This document shows positions 1 to 11,674 of a DNA stretch of 37,990 bases, piece after piece. Each line of letters begins with the position of its first letter. Position 1 is the stretch's first letter. A program made the translations under genes and the position numbers. Under the pieces are notes generated by a model that was not told the origin of the DNA, made no database searches, and saw only the letters and a list, made by a program, of their open reading frames with translations. Source of the DNA: Chiloscyllium plagiosum (lineage: Eukaryota); the NCBI RefSeq assembly GCF_004010195.1, contig NC_057720.1:977070-1015059 (forward strand). The letters run 5' to 3'.

Positions 1-316
1 GGGGAATAGATAGAGTAGACAGTCAGAGACTTTTTCCCCTGGTACAACAGAGTGTTACAAGGGGACATAAATTTAAGGTGAAGGGTGGAAGGTATAGGGG
101 GGATGTCAGGGGTAGGTTATTTACCCAGAGAGTGGTGGGGGCATGGAATGCGCTGCCTGTGGGAGTGGCAGAGTCAGAATCATTGGTGACCTTTAAGCGG
201 CAATTGGATAGGTACATGGATGGGTGCTTAAGCTAGGACAGGTGTTCGGCACAACATCGTGGGCCGAAGGGCCTGTTCTGTGCTGTATTATGCTATGTTC
301 TATGTTCTATGTTCTA
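1..316 (+). mobile_element. CR1-type LINE 3' end (ORF2 C-terminus, 3' UTR, (TATGTTC)n tail)
   Basis: Translates to GIDRVDSQRLFP..TRGHKFKVKGGRYRGDVRGRLFTQRVVGAWNALP; GGCCGAAGGGCCTGT 3' hairpin; TATGTTC repeats at about 294-316. Confidence 0.9.
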
Positions 317-642
317 CCCCAGGGAAAAGACCCTTGTCATTCACTTATCCATGCCCCTCATGATTTTATAAACCTTTATAAGGTCACCCCTCAACTTCCT
401 CCGCTCCAGTGAAACAAGCCCCAGCCTATCCAGCCTCTCCTTATAACTCAAGCCCTCCAGTACTAGCAACATCCTGGTAAATCCTTTCTGAGCCCTCTCC
501 AGTTTAATGATGTCCTTCCTAAAACAGGGTGATGATGTCCTTCCTATAACAGGGTGACCAGAACTGGAGACAGTGCTCCAGAAGAGGCTTCACCAATGTC
601 ACCAACATCCATAACATGATGTCCCAACTCCTACACTCAAAG
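317..642 (-). mobile_element. CR1 ORF2 C-terminal fragment
   Basis: Reverse strand resembles the CR1 ORF2 tail seen elsewhere in the window; contains a ~25-bp internal duplication TGATGTCCTTCCTA(A/T)AACAGGGTGA. Confidence 0.8.
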
Positions 643-644
643 TT

Positions 645-2565
645 CCTTTAGTCCTTGATGTTCATGACACTTTCCAGTCTCCCGTCAATAGATCAATCAT
701 GCAAAGGAACGAGGCATTACCAACCCTATCATGACCAACTTGTAGATGTATAATTTAGTGTGAGAAAATTTCTTGTGACTGGACTCACTTTTTATAATCT
801 ATACACGGTCTGGTCGATCATTTAGTTAAATAACCAACACTATTGGTGAACTCCAGTGTTCTGATGAGATTGAGTCAAACGGTTTTCCAACATGTCCTGA
901 ATCTCTGTTTCCAGCTGAGCTTGTTTCTCTGGGCCCAACCAACAAGGCTGTAGTTTTATTGGCCCTGACCGTCCCCATGCACATCAGTTACAGCTAATGT
1001 CGTACATCCAGGTCTATCTCGATGGATTACCACAGACTTCTTCAGGAATCTTACAAGATTTTCTTGCTATTATTTCTGTAAGCATGGGAACACGGTGTTG
1101 AACTGTCCCAATATCTCTGCATTAGTCAAATTGTACGAGATTTGTTTGTGAACTGTCTAACTCTCCTTCCCTCGTGCTCTCATTATCCCTAACACCTTCC
1201 GTTCCCCTTACCCCTGACACATTCCTTCCTCCCCAACCCCCTCTCTGTGATGAGACCTTGCCAGTGGGTTTATATGACAGAATGGATTCTTCAGCCAGGC
1301 GTATTTATCAAAAAAATCATTTTACCAACCCCTTTGAGCTACTTTGAGGACACCACTGACATTCACCTGAATCCCTCGTGTTGCTGAATGTTTGTCTGCC
1401 CTTTCTTTCATTTTCACCTGAGAAACGTTTCAGTGTTTCCAGGTCACTGTACATGTAGCTTTAAAAACAAACCACATATCAATCCAACATCGAGGATACC
1501 ACTTTTTGGTTCAAGAACTTTTCCCTAATCGACTTTAACAGACCCATGACCTCATGACCATAAACAAATTAAAATGGACTAAATCCAAACAATTCATGTG
1601 GGGAATATCTAGCAGCACTTAACAAGAAATCAAATTGTTTGCCTCAGTCGGGTGGGTATTTGTGATGGCTTGCCTTCAACATGGTTTTGAGAGACTGATG
1701 TATCTCTGCAAAGCACCTGTGTTTGTGGGGGACATGCAATTAACTCCAATTGTTTTATTCCCAACTGCTAATGATTCCCTGGAAAACGTTAAACATGAAG
1801 TTAGAACTTTGATCCGACTGGATCTCGAATGATTGTCCAAAATGAGCAACAAACTGAGTTAACCTTTCCACAACTCTAATGTAATTGGTCTTAGCCTCTG
1901 GAACTGGGTTGTCATATCCATAACGATAAGGATATGCTTTCGTTTTCAGAAAGCTACTGACAATCTACTAACACACGACAGAACAATTCTGTAAAAATTG
2001 GGATAGGTAACAAAGGTGCTGATCTGCTTAAACACTGAGTGTTTCCCGACACCTGACATGTTTGACACAGCTATGCTGCATCTTTAAGAGTTGTAGAATT
2101 TCTACAATGTGGAAACAGGCCATTCAGCCCATTGATTTCACACTGACCCTCTGAAGGGCATCCCACCCAGACCTATACCATACCCTATCCCTGTAATCCT
2201 GCATTCCCCATGGCTAACCTACCTGGCTTGCACATCTCTGGACACTATGCAGCAATTTAGCGTTGCCAATCCACCTAATCTGTGCATCTTTGGACTATGG
2301 GAGGAAACTGGAGCACCCGGAGGAAACCCGCACAGACTCAGGGAGAATGTGGAAACTCCACACAGACAGTCACTCGAGGGTGGAATCGAACATGGGTCCC
2401 TGGCTAACCACTGAGCCACTATGCCTCCCCCAAGATTTATGAAGTGCTGGTCAGAGAGAATTCCTGTTTATCAATACCTGACCTTCCCATATTCCTACAT
2501 GCCCTACGTATTATAGGAACCTGGGCCTCAACACATCCTCTCAATGCCTCCTCTCACACTTCCAT
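645..2565 (-). pseudogene. Decayed Ty3/Gypsy (Gmr1-like) pol: integrase followed by RT N-terminus; interrupted by a SINE at 2087-2430
   Basis: Manual minus-strand translation gives GHVGI..PALHK / KDAA*LCQTCQV (integrase zinc finger), APLLPIPIFTELFCRVLVDC, EIQSDQSSNF, HQSLKTMLKA, GFSPF*FVYGHEV (integrase core), then PEKQAQLETEIQDMLEN, WSSPIVLV, CIDYKK, DRVGNASFLCMIDLLTGDWKV (RT). Many stops and frameshifts. Confidence 0.85.
2087..2430 (-). mobile_element. HE1-like tRNA-derived V-SINE
   Basis: tRNA-like head near 2380-2430, GGAGGAAACTGGAGCACCCGGAGGAAACCC core, CR1-like 3' tail; carries two ~51-bp internal units. Confidence 0.85.
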
Positions 2566-2571
2566 CCTTCC

Positions 2572-2830
2572 ATGACATTTTAAATTCAGTGAAGTTGCAG
2601 CATTAAAAACTAAATAGCAATGATGTAAGTAATGTCAGTGGTTGTACAAATCGAGCAAAGGTTTGTATGAGAAAGGAAACTGCCATCCTTACCCGGCCCT
2701 TACCCGGTCTGGACTATCCTGACCCGGACTGGACTATCCTGACCCGGACTGGCCTGCAGCGATGTGAACTGAGTTAGTGATGGACAATAAAAGCTCACCT
2801 ACTCAGTGACCACATGACCAAATGAAAGAG
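2572..2830 (+). mobile_element. Degenerate second SINE-like family, 3' part
   Basis: Similar to 36410-36660 (+) and 32950-33192 (-), e.g. GGAAA(T)CTGCCATCCTTAC...GGACAATAAA; includes a local 20-bp repeat CTGGACTATCCTGACCCGGA. Confidence 0.5.
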
Positions 2831-3230
2831 GTTAAACGAGGTGATGAAATTTTGCCTTTCTCATTAGCGTTTTCAGTTATTTCAGTTCCAGGACGGACTG
2901 AGTCAGAGTTGCTTAGTAATTGATGTTTATCCCAATCAGCAGGAGTCTGTGATTGGTAACTACAGGTGGGATTACAGAGTCTGCAATCGTCAGCACTGAG
3001 GTTGTCAATGTAAATTTTTGAGCTCAGTGGTTCTGAGATTTTGAAATTTGTCACATTTCTGAAAAGAGAAATAATTGCATAGTGGCATGACAGGGGAGAG
3101 TGAAATTTGTACATGGACAAGTTTACAAACAGTCTTACCCAATCATAGAGGGCATATGGTAGAGGCCATTCAGTCCACTGTGTCTATACTAGCTCTCCAA
3201 GCAAGAATCATTACTGGGGCTCCATTTCTT

Positions 3231-3730
3231 NNNNNNNNNNNNNNNNNNNNNNNNNNNNNNNNNNNNNNNNNNNNNNNNNNNNNNNNNNNNNNNNNNNNNN
3301 NNNNNNNNNNNNNNNNNNNNNNNNNNNNNNNNNNNNNNNNNNNNNNNNNNNNNNNNNNNNNNNNNNNNNNNNNNNNNNNNNNNNNNNNNNNNNNNNNNNN
3401 NNNNNNNNNNNNNNNNNNNNNNNNNNNNNNNNNNNNNNNNNNNNNNNNNNNNNNNNNNNNNNNNNNNNNNNNNNNNNNNNNNNNNNNNNNNNNNNNNNNN
3501 NNNNNNNNNNNNNNNNNNNNNNNNNNNNNNNNNNNNNNNNNNNNNNNNNNNNNNNNNNNNNNNNNNNNNNNNNNNNNNNNNNNNNNNNNNNNNNNNNNNN
3601 NNNNNNNNNNNNNNNNNNNNNNNNNNNNNNNNNNNNNNNNNNNNNNNNNNNNNNNNNNNNNNNNNNNNNNNNNNNNNNNNNNNNNNNNNNNNNNNNNNNN
3701 NNNNNNNNNNNNNNNNNNNNNNNNNNNNNN
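3231..3730. other. Assembly gap (500 N)
   Basis: N run. Confidence 1.
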
Positions 3731-6460
3731 TTAGCATGGCCAACCCACCAAACCTGCACATCCCTGGTCACTATGAACAATTTAGCATGGCCAACCACCT
3801 AGCCTGCCCATCCATAGTCAGTATGGGCCATTTAGAATGGCCAAGCCACCCAGCCTGCACATCCCTTGTCATTATGTGCCATTTAGAATGGCCAAGCCAC
3901 CCAGCCTGCACATCCCTTGTCACTATGTGCCATTTAGAATGGCCAAGCCACCCAGCCTGCACATCCCCTGTCACTATGTGCCATTTAGCATGGCCAATCC
4001 ACTTAACCTGCACATCCCTGGTCAATATGGGCAATTTAGCATGGCCAACAATCTAGCCTGCACATATCTGGTCACTATGGGGCATTTAGCATGGCCAATT
4101 AACCTAACCTGCACATTCCTGGTCACTGTGGGCCATTTGGCATGGCCAATCCACCTAGCTTGCACCTCCCTTGTTACTATGGTTCATTTAGCATGGCCAA
4201 TCCGCCAAACCTGCATATCCCTGGTCGTTATGGGCAATTTAGCATGGCCAATCCACCTAACCTGCACATCCCTGGTCACAATGGGCCGCTTAGCATAGCC
4301 AATCCAACTAACCTACACAACCCTGGTCATTGTGGGCGATTTAGCATGGTCAATCCACCAAACCTGCACATCCCTGGTCATTACGGGTGATTTAGCATGG
4401 CCAATCCACCTAACCTGCACATCCCTGGTCATTATGGGTAATTTAGCATGGCCAATCCACCTAACCTGCACATCTCTGGTCACTATGGGCCATTTAGCAT
4501 GGCCAATCGACCTAAGCTACACATACCTGGTCACTATGGGCAATTTAGCATGGCCAATCCACCTAACCTACACATCCCTGGTCACTATGGACAATTTGGC
4601 ATGGCCAATCCACCTAGCCTTCACGCTGTTGGTCCCTATGGGTAATTTAGCATGGCCAATCCACCAAACCTGCACTTCCCTGGTCTCTATGGGCAATTTC
4701 ACATGGGTAATCCACCTAACCTACACATCCCTGGTCACTGTGGGAAATTTAGCATGGCCAACCCACCAAACCTGCACATCCTTGGTCACTATGAGCAATT
4801 TAGCATGGCCAACCACCTAGCCTGCCCATCCATAGTCAGTATGGGCCATTTAGAATGGCCAAGCCACCCAGCCTGCACATCCCTTGTCACTATGTGCCAT
4901 TTAGAATGGCCAAGCCACCCAGCCTGCACATCCCTTGTCACTATGTGCCATTTAGAATGGCCAAGCCACCCAGCCTGCACATCCCTTGTCACTATGTGCC
5001 ATTTAGAATGGCCAAGCCACCCAGCCTGCACATCCCTTGTCACTATGTGCCATTTAGAATGGCCAAGCCACCCAGCCTGCACATCCCTTGTCACTATGTG
5101 CCATTTAGAATGGCCAAGCCACCCAGCCTGCACATCCCTTGTCACTATGTGCCATTTAGAATGGCCAAGCCACCCAGCCTGCACATCCCTTGTCACTATG
5201 TGCCATTTCGCATGGCCAATCCACTTAACTTACACATCCCTGGTCACTATGGGCCATTTAGCATGGCCAATCCACCTAGCCTGCACATCCCTTGTCACTA
5301 TGGGCTACTTAGCATGGCCAAAGCACATAAGCTACACATCCCTGGTCCCTATGGGCAATTTAGCATGGCCAATCCATCTAAGCTACACATCCCTGGTCAC
5401 TATGGGTGATTTAGCGTGGCTAATCCACCTAACCTGCACATCCCTGGTCAATATGGGCCATTTAGTATGGACATTCCACCAAAGCTGCACATCCCTGGTA
5501 ACTATGGGCTATTTAGAATGGCCAATCCACCTAACCTGCACATCCCTGGTCACTATGGGCCATTTAGCATGGCCAATCCACCTAGCCTGCACATCCCTTG
5601 TCACTATGGGCTATTTAGCATGGCCAAAGCACCTAAGCTACACATCCCTGGTCACTATGCGCAATTTAGCATGGCCAATCCACCTAACCTGCACATCCCT
5701 GCTCACTGTGGGCATTTAGCATTGCCAATCAACCTAACCTGCACATCCCTGGTCACTGTGGGCCATTTGGCATGGCCAATCCACCTAGCTTGCACCTCCC
5801 TGGTTACTATGGTCCATTTAGCATGGCCAATCCACCGAACCTGCACATCCCTGGTCACAATGGGCCATTTAGCATAGCCAATCCAACTAACCTGCACATC
5901 CCTGGTCACAATGGGCCATTTAGCATAGCCAATCCAACTAACCTACACATCCCTGGTCATTGTGGGCGATTTAGCATGGTCAATCCACCTAACATGCACA
6001 TCCCTGGTCACTATGTGCGATTTAGCATGGCCAATCCACATAACCTACGTATCCCTGGTCACTATGGGCAATTTATCATGGCCAATCCACCTAACCTACA
6101 CATCCCTGATCACTATGGGCAATTTAGCATGGCCAATCCACTAAACAGCATATCTCTGGTCACTATGGGCAATTTAGCATGGCCAATCCACCTAACCAGC
6201 ACATCACTGGTCAGTATGTGCAATTTAGCATGGCCAATCCATCTAACCTGCACATCCCTGAGCACTGTGGGCAATTTAGCAAGGCCAAACCACCCAATCT
6301 GCATATCCCTGGTCACTATGGGCCATTTGGCATGGCCAATCCACATAACCTGCACATCCGAGTTCACTATGGGCAATTTAGCATGGCCAATCCACCTAAC
6401 CTACACATCCCTGGTCACTATGGGCCATTTAACATGTCAAATCCAACTAACCTGCACATC
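3731..6460. repeat. 51-bp minisatellite, about 53 visible units, consensus TTAGCATGGCCAATCCACCTAACCTGCACATCCCTGGTCACTATGGGCAAT
   Basis: Direct tandem units; 17-aa periodicity in the ORF track. Confidence 0.97.
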
Positions 6461-7121
6461 GTTAGACTGTGGAGGAAACTGGAGCAGTCATGGGGAGAAT
6501 TTGCAAGCTCCGTCCAAGGGTGGAATCAAGCCTCTGTCACTGGCGTTGTGAGACAGCAGTGCTAGCCATTTTGCCCCAAGGGAGGATGCTGCACTGCTGG
6601 CTCAAGGAAACAAGAAAATGATCAGATTCATGAGGGTAGCACAGGAGAAAGAATGAAAGCTGGAAGATAGGAATTAAAAGATCTGAGAAGTCTGTCTTTA
6701 GCACATGAGGAATCTACAAATCCAAAATTGGAACCAGAGCAAGAAAATGTGTATAGACTTTGTGAAGATGTAAATACCTACTTACCTTCCACTGAATTTT
6801 CTGGTTAAGCTTTTGATAAAGGGGTTTTCTAAACTCCTTTAACATTGAATCCTTGGAGACACCAGTGCAGAAGCCATGCCCTCTTTTTATGGCACTGGGT
6901 ACAGTTTTCTGGTAAATAACAGTTTTTATATCTCAGTATTCAGTCTGTTAGAATGACTCTAACTGTGTGAATGTTCAGGTGTGCAAGTGGGTAGGATTGG
7001 TGAGTCGATAACATGTTAGGGTGACAGATTGTGAAGGGGAGAATGTGTAAGGGGGCAGGATGATGGAGTGCTAGGTAGTAGGTGGGTAGTGTGACAGGTG
7101 GGTAGGTCACAGGGTGGTGAT

Positions 7122-7259
7122 AGGTCAAAGTGAGGACTGCAGGTGCTGAAGATTAGAGTCAAGATTAGAGCAGTGCTGGAAATGCACAGCAGGTCAGGCA
7201 GCATCCAAGGAGCAGGAAAATCGACGTTTTGGGCAGGAACTCTTCATTAGGAATCTAAC
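7122..7259 (-). mobile_element. PLE terminal (pLTR) insertion, family A, with decayed hammerhead core
   Basis: 14-bp TSD CACAGGGTGGTGAT at 7108-7121 and 7260-7273; minus strand CTAATGA-AGAGTTCCTGCCC-AAAACGTC. Confidence 0.75.
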
Positions 7260-7449
7260 CACAGGGTGGTGATGTCAGTGGGATCAAGGGGCCATGTCAT
7301 CATGAGGAAGTCATGATGGGGAGAAAGGAGGTACAGGTGGTGTCAGAGGTTCAGAGGACTTTTGGTGAGTTGGAAGGTTAGAGCACAGGGGATGCGGGGT
7401 CAGCAGGTTGGGAAAGAAGGATCTGTTTTTTAGAACCGTGAAGTTAAAC

Positions 7450-10217
7450 ACAGTTTTAATCTGTTTGGGACCTCGGATTGGTACCTGGGACTTTGTGGCC
7501 ATTTCAGAGACATGGATAGAGCAGGGACAGGAATGGTTGTTGCAGGTTCTGGGATTTAGATGTTTCAATAAGAACAGAGAAGATGGTAAAAGAGGGGAGG
7601 TGTGGCATTATTAGTCAAGGACAGTATTATGGTCGCAGGAAGGATGTTTGAGGCAGTATGGTCTGAGGTTAGAAACAGAAAAGGAGAGGTCACCCTGTTG
7701 GGAGTTTTCTAGAGGCCTCTGAATAGTTGCAGTGATGTAGAGGAAAGGATAGCAAAGATAATTCTGGATAAGAGCGAGAGTAACAGGATGCTTGTTATAG
7801 GTGCTTTAAACTTCGAAATATTGACCGGAAATACTATAGTTCGAGTATTTTAGATGGGTCAGTTTTTGTACAATTTGTGTAGGATGGTTTCCTGACACAG
7901 TATATAGACAAGCCAACAAGGGAAGGGGCCATATTGGATTTGATATTGGGTAATGAACCTGGCCAGGTGTTAGATTTAGAGGTAGGTCAGCACTTTGGTG
8001 ATAGAGACCACAATTTGGTTATGTTTACTTTAGTGATGGAATGGGATAGCTATTTACCACAGGGCAAGAGGTATTCCTGGGAGAAAGGCAATTATGATGT
8101 GAATAGGCAAGGTTTAGGTTGCATAAGATGGGGAAGGAAACTGCAGGGATGGGCACAATTGAAATGTGGAGCTTATTCAAGGAACAGCTACTGCATATCC
8201 ATGATAAGTATATACCTGTCAGGCAGGGAGGAAGTGGTTGAGCAAGGGTGCCGTGGTTTACTAAAGAAGTTGAATCTCTTGTCAAGAGGAAGAAGAAAGC
8301 TTAGATTAGGATGAGACTTGAAGGCTCAGTTAGGGCGCTTGAGAGATACAAGTTAGCCAGGAAATACCTAAAGAGAGAGCTAAGAAGAGCCAGGTGGAGA
8401 CATGAGAAGTTGTTGGCAGATAGGATCAAGGAAAACCATAAAGCTTTCTATAGGTATATCAGGAATAGAAGAATGACTGGAGAAAGATTAGAGCCAATCA
8501 AGGACAGTAGTGGGAAGTTGTGCGTGGAGTCTGAGGAGATAGGGCGAGCACTAAATGAGCATTTTTCCTCAGTATTCACACTGGAAAAAGACAATGTTGT
8601 CGAGGAGAAAACTGAGATAAAGGCCACTAGACTTGACATGATTGAGTTTCACAAGGAAGAGGTGTTAGCAATTCTGGAAAGTGTGAAAATAGATAAGTCC
8701 CCTGGGGCAGATGGGATTTAACCTAAGATTCTCTAGGAAGCCAGGGAGGAGACTGCAGAGCTTTCGGCTTTGATCTCAATGTCTTCATTATCTACAGGAA
8801 TAGTGCCAGAAAACTGGAGTATAACAAATGCCCCCTTGTTCAAGAAGAGGAGTAGAGACAACCCTGGTAATTATAGAAAAAGTGAGCCTTACTCCAGTTG
8901 CGGGTAAAGTGTTGGAAAAGGTTATAAGAGATAGGATTTATAATCATCCAGAGAGGAATAAGTTGATTTGGGATAGTGAACATAGTTTTGTGAAGGGTGG
9001 GTCGTGCCTCACAAATCTTATTGAGTTCTTTGAGAAGGTGACCAAACCAGGTGGATGAGCGTAAAGTGGTTGATGTGGTGGATATGGATTTTAATCAGAT
9101 ACTGTTCCCCACGGTAGGTTATTGCACAAAATACAGAGGCATGGGATTGAGGGGGATTTAGCAGTTTGGATCAGAAATTGGCGAGCTGAAAGAAGACAGA
9201 AGGTGGTGGTTGATGGGAAATATTCATCTTGGAGTTCAGTTACCAGTTTTGGATCCATTGTTGTTTGTCATTTTTATAAATGACCTGGATGAGGGTGTAG
9301 AAGGATGGGTTAGTAAATGTGTGGATGACACTAAGGTCAGTGGAGCTGTGGACAGAGCTGAAGGATGTTGCAGGTTACAGAGGGACGTAGATAAGCTGCT
9401 GAGCTGGGCTGAGAGGTGGCAAATGGAGTTTAATGTGGAAAAGTGTGAGGTGATTCACTTTGGAAGGAGCAACAGGAATGTTGAGTACTGGGCTAATAGT
9501 AAGATTCTTGGTAGTGTGGATGAGCAGAGAGATCTCGTTGTCCATGTACATAGATCACTGAAAGTTGCCACCCAGGTTGATAGGGTTGTTAAGAAGGTAT
9601 ACAGCATGTTAGCTTTTATTGGGAGAGGGATTGAGTTTTGGAGCCATGAGATCATGCTGTAGCTGTACAAAACTCTGGTGCGGCCGCACTTGGAGTATTG
9701 TGTACAGTTCTGGTCACCGCATTATAGGAAGGATGTGGAAGCTTTGGAAAGGGTGCAGAGGAGATTTACCAGGATGTTGCCTGGTATGGAGGGAAGGTCT
9801 TATGAGGAAAGGGTGAGGGACTTGAGGCTGTTTTCATTAGAGAGAAGAAGGTTGAGAGATGACTTAATTGAGACATATATGATAATCAGAGGGTTAGATA
9901 GGGTGGACAGTGAGAGCCTTTTTCCTCAGATAGTGATGGCTCACACGAGGGGGCATAGCTTTAAATTGAGGGGTGATAGATACAGGACAAATGTTAGAGG
10001 TCGTTTCTTTACCCAGAGAGTAGTAAGGGTGTGGAACACTCTGCCTGTAACAGTAGTAAACCCGCCAACTTTAAGGGCATTTAAATGGTCATTGGATAAA
10101 TGTCTGGATGAGAATGGAATAATGTAGGTTAGATGGGCTTTAGATTGGTTCCACAGGTCGGCACAACATCGAGGGCCGAAGGGCCTATACTGAGCTGTAA
10201 TGTTCTATGTTCTATGT
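7450..10217 (+). mobile_element. CR1 LINE, near-complete decayed ORF2 (APE endonuclease + RT) with (TATGTTC)n tail
   Basis: [65 protein letters not shown]; multiple frameshifts. Confidence 0.95.
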
Positions 10218-10347
10218 TCAAAGTTGCTGGAAAAGCTCAGCAGGTGGAGAAAAATCAGAGTTAGCATAATGGGTTTCGAATAAGGTTCTCTTGACCAGAA
10301 ACATTAACTTTAATTTCTCTCCATACTTTTCCAACAAATTTCTGTCA
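10218..10347. mobile_element. Degenerate palindromic PLE terminal fragment
   Basis: GTTGCTGGAAAAG..TGGAGAAAAATCAGAGTTA versus inverted TAACTTTAATTTCTCTCCA..CTTTTCCAACAA, with a decayed GAAAC core between. Confidence 0.5.
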
Positions 10348-10949
10348 TTGTGTGTGATGGAAATAATGTCGTTTGGGGCTTTCTCCAAGGGCTCTTGCAC
10401 TTCAGTCAGACTCCCCTCTTATCCTTCTGAAGTCCATCAAGTACAGACCCCTACTTCTGGGTCAGGATGTCCAGACTCCATTCCAACCTGCCCCAGACAT
10501 AAGTTATAGTGTGTCAGAAGTGGGTGGCAGACCTGGATCCTAATGATCTTTGTTTCAACAAGATGCCACCATCTGCTCTGAGCGATGCACTGCAGGGGCA
10601 CAATGGGCAAAGTTGAGGCCTTGAAGCCTCTCGACACCTGAGATGATCCCACTGGGCTCTGTATCTCACAAGGAATGGACCCTCTGAACATCAACGGGAT
10701 TAGAGCTATATTGAGGCACCTCAGAGTGGGAACTGCTGCAAGGAATGTGAAATTCTGATTTGGAATGCTTTGCCCTCAGCCTGAGACATGTTGTAAAGAT
10801 AGAGGCTGTTGCAGTGATATTGAGACACCTCAGAGTATGCAAACAGTTGCATTCTGTTGCATCTTCTGAAATTTTACATCAAAATATTTACGGCATAATT
10901 TCCAATTTTATAAAGAAACAATATCTTTCCTTAAAATTCCCAGCCTTTT

Positions 10950-11340
10950 CTTGGCTGGAGGGTGAGAAAGGCCATTGTTGTCAGACCCCAGGGCCTCACC
11001 CACTCCACATGTCCCTCTCGAGGTGACTGCGATGGGGAAGAGACTGTCTCTGTAGAATGTCCCTTTCCAAAGACGTCCAGGAAGAGACGCAATGTTCTTT
11101 TTTTGTCGACAGTCATTCTGAGCAGTTCCATAACGCAGGGTCCTGTTGTCCATGAGCTATTCCCTGGCGTACACAGCAGGACCAACATCAACTAGGTAGC
11201 AGGAACATTCGAGCAGGGAAAGACATTATCCGGTCTGCCTGAAATCTGACCATTTTCCAGTGTAAGGCTATGTCTTTGACCGAGTGATGCAAACTGACAC
11301 ATTGCATTGTCCAGTATGACAGGCTGAAACTGGAACTAAT
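10950..11340 (+). mobile_element. Decayed L1/Tx1-clade LINE ORF2 C-terminus (Cys-rich region)
   Basis: VRKAIVVR..GLTHSTCPSRGDCDGEETV..ECPF..SSSITQGPVVHELFPGVHSRTNIN resembles Tx1-type C-termini as recalled. Confidence 0.6.
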
Positions 11341-11344
11341 ATAA

Positions 11345-11674
11345 ATCCATCTCCCATGGAGGTAACAAATAAAAAGAGGAAGACAGTGCAGGTGGAAGTC
11401 AGCTATGTTTGCCTAAACAAGAGCAAGAAGGAAAATAAATCAGGAAGAAATTAGGGCGTTACTGATTGTTACAATCAAAATTGTGAAAATCAAATAGACA
11501 GAGGTTGCCATGAGAAAGAATTCCGAGAGTGTATTTGGAACGTTATGAATCTAACTAGGGATCAGATTATTGTGGATCCAATAGTGTCACAGGATAGGTT
11601 TAATAAATCATTTCAGAGTACAGGATCCACTAGGAAACAGTGATCAGAACATGGTAGAATTTCGTTTCCGTTTG
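11345..11674 (+). mobile_element. Old CR1 endonuclease fragment (continues at 12820-12990 and about 14680-14960)
   Basis: QDPLGNSDQNMVEF motif; sequence resumes in register after the 11675-12819 insertion. Confidence 0.65.

Larger units (their letters stand above)
3141..6577 (-). mobile_element. HE1-like SINE carrying an internal tandem expansion
   Basis: Array runs directly into GACTGTGGAGGAAACTGGAGCA..TGGCGTTGTGAGACAGCAGTGCTAGCCA (SINE core and head, 6465-6577); tail-like CATAGAG..AGGCCATTCAGTCCA before the gap. Linkage across the gap is inferred. Confidence 0.65.

Noticed and set aside
1635..1832. 65-aa + strand ORF
   Set aside because: Antisense to the decayed integrase; no independent coding evidence
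3075..3798. ORFs spanning N runs (also 31575-32232 and 34067-34378)
   Set aside because: Artefacts of translating gaps
3731..6460. CRISPR-like array
   Set aside because: Head-to-tail units with no unique spacers, eukaryotic context, no cas genes
3736..6565. Long repetitive ORFs (up to 355 aa) as a repeat protein
   Set aside because: The 51-bp unit is a multiple of 3, so several frames on both strands stay open; the unit is SINE-derived and the frames are broken by indels
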